A stretch of DNA of 63,530 nt, filler included, from Asterionella formosa (Eukaryota): the NCBI GenBank assembly GCA_002256025.1. It is 10 parts of 10 records of this genome, joined end to end, with 100 filler letters (N's around TTAATTAATTAA, not from the genome) between each part and the next. Parts side by side here need not be neighbours in the genome. Positions count along the whole stretch, not along the records: positions 1 to 25,211 come from NKIB01002041.1; 9 more parts are not named here. One strand, 5' to 3'. The position numbers and the translations under genes were made by a program. A model generated the notes under the pieces. It ran no database searches. It was not told the origin of the DNA and was given only the letters and a program-made list of their open reading frames with translations. Positions 1 through 12,100 of this stretch are shown here, in pieces. Position 1 is the stretch's first letter. Each line of letters starts with the position of its first letter.

Positions 1-291
1 AAATAATAATCATATTAATAATTTATACTACAATACTCCATACAAACTTCTTGCACGAGTACAACAAACATGCTTTGAAAATTGATTCGTTCCGTCGTCA
101 GTTGAGCTCACATTTTCGTTGAAAAGGAAAAATGTAATTGATTCATGTAAGGGATCAGGTGAACATCGACAATATAATGATCACAATTTTGTCTGATATT
201 TGCGCACCTCTCGGTACGCTTGTACGCAATCCTGACTAGAAAGCCACTGTTGACACACATAGAAACAGGCGGTACTCACTATCAAGCGACG

Positions 292-1813
292 ATGACCACC
301 ATGGGGACACAGCGTCTCGACAACACCGCTGAGCAAGGATGTAAGTGTTTAAGTGCTGTACCGCTATCAAAGTTCCAAGTGACAGCCTCTTATTATTTTT
401 GATGTCATCTTTACAGCTCTTACAAAGAAGAGAAACTTGGATCGCGATGATCACGAGGACTGGGAGTCCTCCAGGGACGGTTCTCGTTCCCCTCCTCGGA
501 GCAGGTCGTGCCGAGAATCGGATAGAAACTCTACAGGCAGCCAAGAACATGACTTCACAAAAAGGCATCGATTTCTCGAGGCCATGGATATCAATTCTCC
601 ATCCAGTCGAGATATCGCCTTTAGACAGTATCCACATGCAATGGAGACGGATTCTCCATCTTCATATCCAAAACATGTGATTGTTCCATCTCCACCAGAT
701 TCAAATGATCGTAAAGCGGATACGCACTCTCGTCCACCATTTCCAACTTATCCTAGGAACTACTACGTCGGCGAGAGCCCTATTGCGAACATGCCTCACG
801 AGAAAGTGGTAACACCAATCCTTGCAGATAGGCATGTTGGAATTCATGGTGGGTACGAAGGTCGCTACATGTACCCTGGTCGTCAGCAGGGACACTATTA
901 CCCTAGTGATGCTTACGGACACCCATACCATGCAGCTCAGCAGATGCCTTTTGATGGACCATATAACCAGCATCAGGGCTCCCACGAGCAAGTCCAGCTT
1001 CGTCCAAAGCGCTGGGCGTGTGACTATTGCTGTGTTGCTACTTTCCCAACTTACGAGGACGCCTGTGCGCACGAAGAAAGTTGTTCACGAAATGCTCATT
1101 CCATGGGACGTCATAACCACGCTCATCCTCATCATCCGTACCCTTCTCAACCTCAATATCAAGGAGAAGAAAATCCCCAGGGTATCGTGAACTCTGGCCT
1201 TGGTGCACTCTACCAGGCAACTCAAGAAGTACAACACCGAGTCCCGCCTTTGCCCATCAACGACCACTCAGGTTATCGTCAGATTACTCCTCGCTTTCAG
1301 CAATACAGCCAGCATGGACGCGAACAGGAGCATGCTAGGCACTACCACAACCCCCGTAGAATCCTCCTGGCAGGGCCTAACGATGTTGAGTCACTCAGTG
1401 ATCGTCAGTGTTTCGTAAGGTCTGATTTTGTGGAGGTGTTTGCTGCAACCGAAAAGGATGTTTCCTCTCGCCATTCGAAGGGGGCACAAAAACTTGTTCG
1501 TGGTCAAGTGGGTATTCGCTGTATTCACTGCTCTCACTTGCGTCCAAAGGATCGTGCAGAACGAGCCGTGTGTTACCCATCGTCTATTTCCCGCATCTAC
1601 CAGACTGTTGCCGATATGCAGCGATTCCACTTTGAGCAATGCCGTGAAATTCCTGACCAGATTCGCCAGATCTACAAGAATTTGAAGACAACTCGCCCAC
1701 GTGGTGTTGGCTCTCCTCAAACATACTGGATCCAATCTGCAAAGTTGTTGGGAATGGTCGATTCCGAGGATGGAATTTGTTTCGACAGTGGGCCTCATAA
1801 ATCTGACGACTAG
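292..1813 (+). CDS. Diatom-type Cys/His-rich (putative zinc-binding) protein; 2 exons (292-340, 417-1813)
   Basis: ATG at 292; GTAAGT...TTACAG intron 341-416 (76 nt) splices in frame into ORF 437-1813. Contains WACDYC...CAHEESC (C2HC-like) and a C-terminal LSDRQCFVR...GQVGIRCIHC...YPSSISRIYQ...MQRFHFEQC domain that I recognise from uncharacterised diatom proteins. Confidence 0.75.
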
Positions 1814-2129
1814 CAACGGAAATAGCAATAGTGGTACTTCATATCCTATAAAGTGAGCAGGAGAACGGGGAGAAGAAAGGGAATATAAAAGAAGAATCGA
1901 GGACATCATATCTGTATAATCCACATGCTGAGAAACAAATAATTCTTAATAAATCTATGTGAAAAGCTGCTATTCCGTACAGCTCAAGGTGAAATTCTGA
2001 AACTATAATTTAAAAATAAACATTGTTGAAGGAGCTGCAACCAACGATCTACTTGAAGTGTCAGGTGCAATCATCACAAAATCTGGCATCGTCATTCCCT
2101 CTATATTTCAATCGGCAGCAACCTATTCG

Positions 2130-2190
2130 CTGCAGTGTTTCTTTTCGAACAGTATTAGAAAGTAATTTACTGCTACATTCACAAACATGT
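2130..2190 (-). promoter_or_regulatory. Candidate SECIS element (GUGA-type, imperfect) in the SelH 3' UTR
   Basis: Minus strand reads CATGTTT-GTGAA-TGTAGCAGT-AAA-TTACTTTCTAAT-ACTGTTCGAAA-AGAA-ACACTG: RUGA core, AGCAGT/ACTGTT stem, apical AAA, 3' GA. Folded by eye; stem II is imperfect. Confidence 0.3.
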
Positions 2191-2193
2191 CCC

Positions 2194-2685
2194 CTATGCG
2201 TTTAAGGCCTCCAGCACCTTTTTCGCAACTTCTTCCATGTCAAGTGCTTTCAAAGCAGGGAATGGGCGCGCCATCCCTTCCAAGAAAACAATTGGTTCGT
2301 CGATTCCTTCGACTCTAACAACAAAATTCCCCTTGGCCACCTTGTCTATCTTGACAACGGCCAAATCCCCAACAGCTTTTACGATCGTCATAGCTCGTGT
2401 GTTGAAAGCTGCTCATTGCTTGCTAGCTTCGACAGCAACCACCTTCTTTTCAGCAGGCGCTTCAGGTTCCTTCTCAGGAACTTCTTCGGGCTTCTCTTCC
2501 GCCTTCTTCTCTTCCGCAACGGCAGCTCCTTTCTTCGCGGGAGGAGCTTTTTTCTTCGTCTCCTTCTTCGCGGGAGGTTCTTTGGCAGGCTTCGCGGTCT
2601 TCTCTACTTTCTTCTTTGCCTCCACTGGCTTCTTTGCTGGCGGTTCAGCCGTTTTATTAGCGGAGGAACGTGTCACTCTTACCAT
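2194..2685 (-). CDS. SELENOH: Selenoprotein H (Rdx/thioredoxin-like fold); in-frame TGA at 2413-2415 read as selenocysteine
   Basis: ORFs 2413-2685 and 2194-2391 share a frame and are separated only by one TGA plus AAFNTRA. Read-through gives VVAVEASKQ-U-AAFNTRA...KGNFVVRV...IVFLEGMARPFPALKALDMEEV, the SelH signature, after a Lys/Pro/Ala-rich N-terminus. Confidence 0.85.
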
Positions 2686-3261
2686 GTTGAATTGATCGTT
2701 TGAATAAAAGGGATTGGTCTATTTTTATGAATTTTTGAACATGCTCAGGCGTGCGTTGACTCGGGCCTGCCGGTGGCCACGTGAAAAATAAGATCCGAAT
2801 GGAAATGTCACGTTAGGGATTTTGATGATAAAAGTATACAGAGCATATATAAAGCCCAATGTTCAAATAATCGAAATTTTCATTTATCCTTATCACATCT
2901 CATGTGGACAACATAAAAAAAATTGCGTAGGGCCGTAGATGGTGGGATACTGGCACGGTACAAGGTACGGGTACCAGGTACCATCGTCTAACGGTACTAG
3001 ATTCCCCTGGTACCAGGGACCAGGTACCAATCTTGGTTGTAGATATGGTGTCAGCCATAGTACCTGGTATACCGGCATGTATCGTTATATTGTTGAATCA
3101 GCCGCCCGATATTTATTTTGCTAGAATATACTACCGGTACCGGTACTGTATGTAAAGATGATTATAATAATGATTCATGCATTGTACCGGTACCAGGGTA
3201 CCAGATACCCAACAAACAAGTAAAAAGGGTGTTGCTTACCTAATGCACACCGTTAGATAGT

Positions 3262-4651
3262 GGGCGCGCTCTGATAATAAAAAAATTTTATATCATGTGT
3301 GTATTATAACACAAGTTCTTTTGGCGATTTGATATATTATAACATAGTTTCATAGCAATGCATACTCTTGCGTGTTATGCGGCCTCTTGTTCATTGTCCA
3401 CATGAGTTCCATAATTTCACCAATGTCAGTCACTGACCAGCAATGTTGGCTTACCTCTCATCTCCTGATGACAAGGATGATGCAATGAGTGAACTTAAAA
3501 CATGAGACAGAGACAGAGAAGTTTCAGCTTTTCTCAAGAAACAAGCCTTTGATTGTCAAATCAGGCCAACAGAACTTTCATAACGAGGTATTGCTCTCCA
3601 AGAATGACTTTTCACTCCAAAATTAAGACAGTCAGAGGGACTTGCATTGTTTGTTTGCCCATGCTATGGACTGAGCCCAACCTGTTCCCACTTTTCAACG
3701 ACAAGTTCTTATCAATCCTCATTGCAATGGAGGTGAAATCAATCAAGTTTTCGATGAAATTAAAAATCAATTTCAGCAAAGGCAAGAGCAATTGGCAGCA
3801 AGCCCGCCAACTTATTCCCAACTTTCAAAGACAAGATTGTATCAATTCCCATGGGGATGGAGGTGAAATCAATTCATTTTTTGATGACATTGAAAATCAA
3901 TATCAACAGCTGCAAGAGAAATCGGCAGCAAATCCAAATGTATTGCAGCTTGTAGATGGAGACGATGAGGTACCAGCAGAGATATTCAGTGGACTGTGTT
4001 TTGTCTGGAAAATAAGTTCCATGCTGCTGCAGACACCATTGTACAAAGGATGCTACAGTACTAACAAAGATGGTCTGTGGTGAACACAACATCTTCATAT
4101 ACAAGCGCAGCAAATCTATTTTAGTTTAAGGCAGTGTTGACAATGTAGTGACATAAAAGCTAACAAACAAATGTATAGAATGATAGCTATAATGTTCTCT
4201 GTTTCTTCATTTCGCCTTATAGTCATCAATCAGTGCAGACATTGTACATGAATTGATAGTGGCTTGAACCACTAAGATTTTACTGCAGGTGGATTGTGAA
4301 CAAGATCACATGATCAAAACAAAACTGGAAGCAGACGAGGATTGATGATACCTTTAGGATGATTGATGTGGATATGTATATGCATACTGACACCATTTTT
4401 GGTAAGAGCAAGCCATTTCGGTTATGAGCAAGCAAGTCTTGAAATATTACGGGAAATCATGTGTAGTCATTCATGCCTAAATATCTACTTATATAATAGA
4501 CTGTTATTTATAACTGTAAAAAATTTGGTCAACACAAACACACCAGGTTTACCAAATTTGGTCAACACAAACACAATTTTGGGGTTATGGGTACAACGAT
4601 TTGTGTTATAATGCACATGATATAATAATTTTTTAATATCAGAGCGTGCCC
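3262..4651. mobile_element. 1.39-kb non-autonomous TIR DNA transposon (PIF/Harbinger-like ends)
   Basis: ~55-bp imperfect TIRs (GGGCGCGCTCTGATAATAAAAAAATT... / ...AATTTTTTAATATCAGAGCGTGCCC) flanked by 3-bp direct repeat AGT (3259-3261, 4652-4654). Only broken ORFs inside. Confidence 0.8.
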
Positions 4652-6336
4652 AGTAACAACTATGGGTGGTACTAGCAGGTATAAATATGGTTTTTAAGTA
4701 TTCTAGAAACAGGTAAACCTGACCTCGTTTTTAATTTTTGGAGCGTTTTTGGAAGAATCATTTCCTTTAGGGAATGTTTGGTCCAGACCTCCCCCCCCGC
4801 CCCCATTTTTCCTTGACCCTATGAAAAGCAAAAGGCATAAGAAGAAGGACTTGAAACCAGAACAGTATCAATTCATCATTGATTGATCGCTTCGCAACCT
4901 CAGAAGGGAGGCTGATGAGACTGTCGACAAGGATGGCTGGCTTGTTATAAATCCGGGCAGGCACAAAACTTCCCTACCAGTAGATCTTAATCTCGAATCG
5001 TATCAAAGGAATTTGATAATCAAACACAGGAAAACGAAATAACTACAAACGATCAATAAACAAAAGTGCGAAACAAGAAAAATTATAAAGTAAAACTAAT
5101 CACAATCCTGTTCATCAGTATTTGCCAGTATCAGTTGAATCGCATTATGTGTATTATATAGTATATATAATGCATGCATATATACTTAATTTGTATTCAC
5201 AAACCAATGTTCTTAACGGTTCTTTGTGATATCGCTAGTCAAGAATTAAACATACATGTTCATCAACAATTGTCAACTTACATTTCTTTCATGTCTTCGA
5301 AGCGAAACAAATGAAATGTTCAGTCAGGCCAGGCAAAGCAGCAGCCGATAGTTAAATCGGCTCGGGAGGCAATGTTGCTGGAAGAACTGTGACTTGTGAT
5401 GATTGTGGAGGAAGCAAGGAGCACCGGCATGATTGTAAACTTTGGTGGCGTCGCTGTGGTGTGATGTTAGTATTTTGTCGGAGAAGGAGAAAGATGACCC
5501 GCCCTGAAGGCTGAAGTTTCAAGGAACGGGATCAAGATCATTATCATGGAGGAAAATTTGATTGTATGCAGTGATCAATTCAGTTTTTATGATCACAGAA
5601 GGGTTCACTCGAGAAGAAATTAAATTGGGATGACAATCAACCAGCCTTGTCAATTGCGTTGGGTGCAGTGTGGTGTTGGAACATGGTACATTGCAAGTCA
5701 TAATTTTGTTGGCGCAAATGATGTAGATCCTAATAATTCCAATGTTTTTTTGGAAATCATTCAGTTGCTGCTTTGGCTGGTGGAAATAACAAACCCACTG
5801 GCGATTTTTGTTCAAAAATGTGAATGGGAGTAAATGACTAAAGGAATTTTGTTTCAGAGAAGATGAATGGAAGCAATCATACGCAACAATCAACAGAATG
5901 TACCACTGCTTGGGAATTGTTTTGAGACATTAGGAATATTGCAGCTATAGCTGGAAGGAACAAATGTGATGCTGGCTCCTTGGATATTTGGATTGTGACT
6001 AAGATATACCATCATCAAGATGTTCTCTATGTGAAAAACAATATAGTTTGATTATTGATATTACCGTGATTTGCATGGAAGCGACCAAATAAGCAACAAT
6101 CAACAGAACATATCATACTAAACCAACCAAGACAACAAGCACAGTTTGATGATTCCTGTTGTCCACTTGGGTTCTGTTTCTCACCTCAAGCTGATAGCTT
6201 GGTTAGGGTACAAGAAGTGGCTTCTGGTTTGCTTTGTCATTGTCGATTTTATGATAATGAAGTAAAAATAATAATTGTGATTAGATAACCTACAGAAACA
6301 ATGCTATTTTAGAACAGTGGAAAAGGCAAGCAATTG

Positions 6337-7226
6337 AGCACTAAAGGACACGTAGAAAATATACCAAAGCATTTTGGTCAAAATTTAATGGCTGATCATA
6401 TCTGATGAAAATATTTAAATTTTGCGCCACTGCAATGAAGCAATTGTCACCAAAAGTCGTATCATCCAACAATCAGCCACATCCCTTTGATGAAGAGTCG
6501 TTACTTGAGACATCAATGATCAGAGTTTGTATACATCGGAGCCCGCTAGAAGATAGCAGGGATGTAAATAATGGAATTGCTCTCAACACAATACAGAAAG
6601 CCATCATTTTGTGCCTTCACATAGCTCATCCTACTCCCTTACAATTTTGGCAGTCCATTTTCCTCAAGTATATGGCAGTCCATAGGGGGGCAATTGATAT
6701 GATCAGTAATCCATTTCCCTTAAATAAACGGCAGTCCATTTTGGCAGGCAAATCTAGGGGCTATTGGAAATTTTGAAGGTAGTTTGGCAATGCAAAAATA
6801 GAGCAAATGAAAAATCCAAAATTTGTTTTATATGAAGGGCCATTGCAGGATTGAGTAATCCCAAAACTCAACAAATGAAATATACAATGTATGTTTTATA
6901 TGAATGGCAATTGGCTAGTCCACATCCAACATACAAACTATCTAAAACAGGTTTTCAATGTAACTGAAAGGGCAATGTAGTGGCGAAAAGCATGCTGATA
7001 GCTAGGATGTGAATTGCCTACCGGTACTGCTAGTTGGAAGGAGTCTGCCTACTTGTGATCTTGTGTACCCCTGGTACCAGGTGCTCGACTTGGGAGCAAG
7101 GTCCTCGCAGTGCCGGGGGCACCACGATCAACCTACTCACGCCTCTCAAGCCTCGAAAACAAGAATAGTACCGGTACTCGCAGGCAATCTCCACCCTAAA
7201 ACATATGCTGTGTCATTACCTTCAGT
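6337..7226 (-). mobile_element. Copy of modular interspersed repeat family (A-box + T-box + B arm)
   Basis: Aligns by eye with 28762-29345, 30975-31500, 48850-49926 and, reverse-complemented, 14490-15405; B arm ends in GTGAATTGCC at 7018. Confidence 0.75.
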
Positions 7227-7593
7227 AGAACCACGGCAACTTGCGTTAAAGTATGGAATGCGCATCCCCGAAAGTGGAGATGATGGGAAGGAAGAAAATG
7301 ACGGTATGCTCGTTTTGAGGATTGTAACCGTTAAATATCCGTCGGTATGGTACATACTTAAATTTGCAACAATCGTAGAAAGTAGACTGAACTACAATTA
7401 TTCTAGTCATGTTTAAATAATTATAGTGGCTGGTACCGTTATGTACCCCACGGTAGCGGTACCGGTACCGGTACACTCCATTGGGTAGTGCTGACTTTCT
7501 TCTCGCTCAGAACAATTGCTGCTTCGCGATCATTCCTTTTTATCTGTCCTCGACGTTTTCTTCACTGCTACTTTCCTCGAATCAACATCAGGG

Positions 7594-8241
7594 ATGTGCT
7601 TATTCTGTTTCTCGTCTGAACCGCTAGCTCCGCACGAACGCGTGGGTCGATATGGGTCGACAATGGGAGCCTTCGCGGACAACAACTCCACTTTCGACAT
7701 TTCCATGTGTGAAGCACCATGCCGTGAACCATGTTGCTGTCTATCGGCCGCGCTGTGCTTCTGTCCAGCGCAGGTATGGATGAGACATCGTGTCTTGAAT
7801 CATGTCGAACCTGGATCCAACTGGCGCAACTACACCTGTTGCCAAGGGACCTTTCCAGGGTGCTGTTGTTTGCAGCCAGGACAAATGTGCGAAAGCACTT
7901 GTCCCTGCGCCTGCATGTGTTTAGAAGCATGTCTATGTCCTGGTCTTGCGGTCAGTGCCACTTCTATTGTTGTTCGACATGAGTATCGCCTGGGTTTGGA
8001 TGCCGATGATGTTCGATTGATCCGATGCAACAATTGTTTGCAAGTATTTTCCTGCCTCTTTTCATGCCTTGCCCGGTGTACCGATTGTGCCTGGGACGAC
8101 CAAGCCGCCAGTGTGGTGGATTGTATTGCGGACGTTGTCTTTTGTTCAGTGGCAGCCTGTTCAACAGCGCAAACTTATCACGAAATTAAAGTTCGAGAAC
8201 AAATGGGATCTCCAAAACGTGAAGCCATTGAACGCTTCTGA
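7594..8241 (+). CDS. PLAC8-family cysteine-rich protein
   Basis: Single ORF from first ATG 7594; very Cys-rich (PCCCLSAALCFCPAQVWMRHRVL, CMCLEACLCPGLAVSA, CSTAQTYHEI). Confidence 0.7.
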   Translation: MCLFCFSSEPLAPHERVGRYGSTMGAFADNNSTFDISMCEAPCREPCCCLSAALCFCPAQVWMRHRVLNHVEPGSNWRNYTCCQGTFPGCCCLQPGQMCESTCPCACMCLEACLCPGLAVSATSIVVRHEYRLGLDADDVRLIRCNNCLQVFSCLFSCLARCTDCAWDDQAASVVDCIADVVFCSVAACSTAQTYHEIKVREQMGSPKREAIERF

Positions 8242-9188
8242 ATGTCGTACCAGAGGTAAAGGACTGCTTTACCAGAGTTTATAATAGTGCACCTTCGTCC
8301 TTTTACACTATCTGGACACTTAACTTCTAGATCAATTCTGAAAAATGGCACGTTGCTTAGTATTAGAAAGACACTGGAAACACGGAAAGTAGTAACGAAC
8401 TGATGCAACAATTGAGAATTTGATTTCACGTCGTCTCAACTGCAACTCCCTCAAATTATGTTTGCAAATGATGCATTTTATCCATGATCACCAACAAATT
8501 AAATCGTTCAACCATTTTCTATTGTTAGCGACAAGATAAGTGCCTTTGATATCCCCTCCGCACTTAAGTGATTGTCGGAAGGCCAAAATTGATCGATCAA
8601 AGTAGCTAGTACTATAGAATGGGCTCATGTAAACCATCTTGGTTTCATAGTTTCAAAAGCAGCACTAGTGCAGGTGCATCGTGCAAACAACCAGGTACCG
8701 GGACGGACCCAAATATCTCTACTTGTATTTTGGGTAAAGAATAATAAAATGCTTGAGTTCGTAGGTACAAGGCATTGGCAAGGTAACACCAGTGTTTCGT
8801 CGCTTTCTCAGATACAAAACGAGTCAGCCCATCAATATTCGAGATGCCTTATTCGGCATAGAAGCATTTACCACCAGTCGTAGCAAGAACTGCACGGCAA
8901 AATAACTTTGTGGAATGAAAAACTTACTTAGATGCAATTTGGGGAGCCCTCCTTCATCATCACAGTGCCTTCGATTGCACCTGTGCCATTTCAAAAATGA
9001 TAGCAGAGGAAGGTGCCCGGACTGTATGGTCATGGTCCATTACAACGCCGCCATTCTTTCGTCAATGGCGATTCAACCCAAGGGCCTATCAAACCTAGTG
9101 CTATCATCACCAATGCGTCCGTGCTGCCCTTCCATGTTTTATACGAAAGGACACAATATTTCAAGCTATGAAAAATCAGGGTATGGCT

Positions 9189-12100
9189 TCACCACTTGCA
9201 TAAAGTGATGGCAAACAAAACGCAGACTTCCACAGCATAAATCACCAACAAACACATGAGTACGGGGACCAATAATATTGACATGACGATGGCATCCTGT
9301 TCCAAGTACCATAAGCCAATCTGGTGAAGAACAGAAACCCAAGTCGATATGCCCTCGGCCGTGTACGTCTCCTCACCCAAACCAAAAAGGTGAGTCCAAG
9401 TACGATGAGGAGACTGAGAAAGATGAGCAAGCCACTGGAAGGTCAATTTCGTCTTGATATTACCCATCATAAGGGTATCCGTACCCTGAAAGGACACGTA
9501 GCTAGAGGCCTTGACATTACACACAACAATTGTTCCAGACGTGGTGAATGGTGCATAAGCCCCCTTACGGAAAATGATATTGATTCTTTCTACAGTCACC
9601 ACCTTGCCCATCGCTGTCTCGAGTTCATCGCCCACTTTGACCGCAGATGCCGGAATGTAGCGACCGCGGATCTTTACCATATGGTCCTTGGAGATCTCTA
9701 GTTGCGACGGAAAAAGCTGAAGATACTCGGCTTCCAAGTTTTCTTGGCGATGACCAAAGCAATATACCATTTCAAAGTTACCGGCGGACACAAGAACCAT
9801 ATCACCGACAGTGAGCTCCGGCATTGTAAGTGAGCCTTTGCCTTTGACTTGGACCGTTGTCACGCTGGAAAAGCAAGATATCCTAGTTGACCGCTCAACT
9901 TTTCCAGTAGTTTGGTTCTGAGCGCTGTCCGTTTCTGTTGCAATACTCAAAAGCGAAGGTGCGTTTGTCGTTGTTCTCTGAATATTTAAAGGTTTCACAG
10001 GAAAAGATGGAACTGACGAAATCGTGGACTGAGCAATATCAGAGTTACCTGTTGGCAAAGGGGATGAAGCGGTATCAGTGCCTACAATAGGGATCGGGTA
10101 TGGAGCTGACGATATCGTGGTCTGATTAATATCAGAATTTTCAGTTGGAATAGAGGATGGAGCCGTATCAATGCCTGCAACAGGGACTTGAAATGGAGCT
10201 GACGAAATCGTGGTCTGAGTAATATCAGAGTTTGCAGTTGGCATAGAGGTTGGAGCAGTATCAGTGCCTGCATCAGGGACCGGATATGGAGCTGGCAAAA
10301 TGCTTGTCTGAGCAATAGTAGAGACTTCAGTTGGCATAGAGGATGGAGCGGTATCAGTGCCTGCAACAGGGATCGGATATGGAGCTGACAAAATGGTGGC
10401 CTGAGTAACATCAGAGTTTACAGTTGGAATAGAGGATGGAGCGGTATGGTTGCCTTCAACAGGGACCAAATATGGAGCTGATGAAATGGCGTTTTGAGTA
10501 ACATCAGAGTTTGAAGTTGATATGGAGGATGGAGCGGACCCATTGTTGTTTTGAGTATTGTGGTAGGCTGCAGTATTTGTCGGCGAAGGAACCCGATTGC
10601 CATGGGCACTATCACCGCAAGAGTTGCAAGTTGCGGAACACATAAAATAAGCTTCATTTTGTGGGACACATATGCCATTTTGCAGTTCGGGCCGGTTTCG
10701 TAACCAATTACAATCTCTTTTGACATTATTCAGCTTGAATTTGAACTTTGAGTCTTCGCATTTTTCATCACAGCTGCGGCAAGTTGCCGAGCAGATTTTC
10801 CAAGCCCCAGACTCGTGACCCGCTACGCAGAGAATAGCCTTGTCCTTTGGATGCCTTGATAACCAATCACAATGGTGAAATTCTTGAATGCTGCTGACAA
10901 AGAAATTCGTCTTAGGCTCGTCGTTGCAATTGTCGTCCTCCTTCCGCTGCTTCGATCCTTTCGCTCCTGCTTTTTTCTTACCATTCTTGCTTGGATGTGG
11001 GTTTTTATGTTCTTTGCCACAATAGTGGTTGTCCTCCTTTTTCTTCTTCGTCGACTTCTCTTTCTTCTTCTTCTTCTTCTTCTTCTTCTTCTTTGATCGT
11101 TTAGAAGAAAAATAAATTGATTTGTGGCAAGACGATGTTGTTGATGGTACTCTGGGTTTGGTGGTTGGCATCTTTAAACCCAAGGCAGGTTTGGACGATG
11201 GTGAACGATGAGGATCAGATGAGACCGGAAGGAGGGATCCCGGTCGGCTATTGGATGGTCGAGCGGATTGTGAAGTATTGATTGAAACAGAGGAAGGAAA
11301 ATTGGTTAGATCATTTCCTGGTCGAGGAAAGGAAGGCGCAAAGGAGAAATTAGTTGCGCTTATAGAAATCGCTGGGGTCATGACAGGTTCAGATGATGGT
11401 GCTCGCTGAGGATCGAATGAAACAAGGGAGGGAAATTCAGTTCGAATATATGATGGTCGAGTTATTTGCGGATTATGGGAAGAAAATTCGGAAGGAAAAT
11501 TTGTTGGTGGCGCAGCATCGGGTGCAACAGGGAAAGGAAAATTGGTTTTTCCATGGTCTGGATGGACAAATTGAGGAGGGCCGGATGAAGGCGCAGAGGG
11601 AAAAATAGATGAGGAGGGTTTTTTGTTTGGAGATTGTTCGGGGGGGAAATTTGAAGGGAGATTAGTTTCTATTGGTGTTTGGTTTGGTTTTGAGTTCGTA
11701 GGTTCCAGAGTGGGACGGTTTGTCGGAAATTTGGTTCGTTGCGGTGGCATTGGAGGAGAAGATGGGACCACAGTATCAATCGTTGTAGATTCTGATCCAC
11801 CGTACTTTTTTCCCTCCTTAATTTTTTTTCCTGATAAAAAAAGTTTGTAGGAACCGGGCGTAAGGCCATCACCACTAGAATCGAAAATGGTGAATATGTA
11901 AGTTTTGTTGACAGCGAGGCAAACGTCATTGACAATTGTTTTACTTGAGTCATTTTCATCGATTTTGTTGTCAAATTGGGGTTCGCCTTGATTAATGAGC
12001 AGATTAACCCCTATTAATTGCCAGCTTACTTCGCTGGCAAAACGATCGAGATTTATTTCAATCTTGAATAAGGTCTGACCAGAATTGCAAACTTCATCGT

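Noticed and set aside
2413..2415. Nonsense mutation / SelH pseudogene
   Set aside because: The TGA falls exactly at the Sec position and both halves are otherwise intact and in frame.
2772..2786. G-box-like GCCACGTG upstream of SelH
   Set aside because: A single short match, expected by chance.
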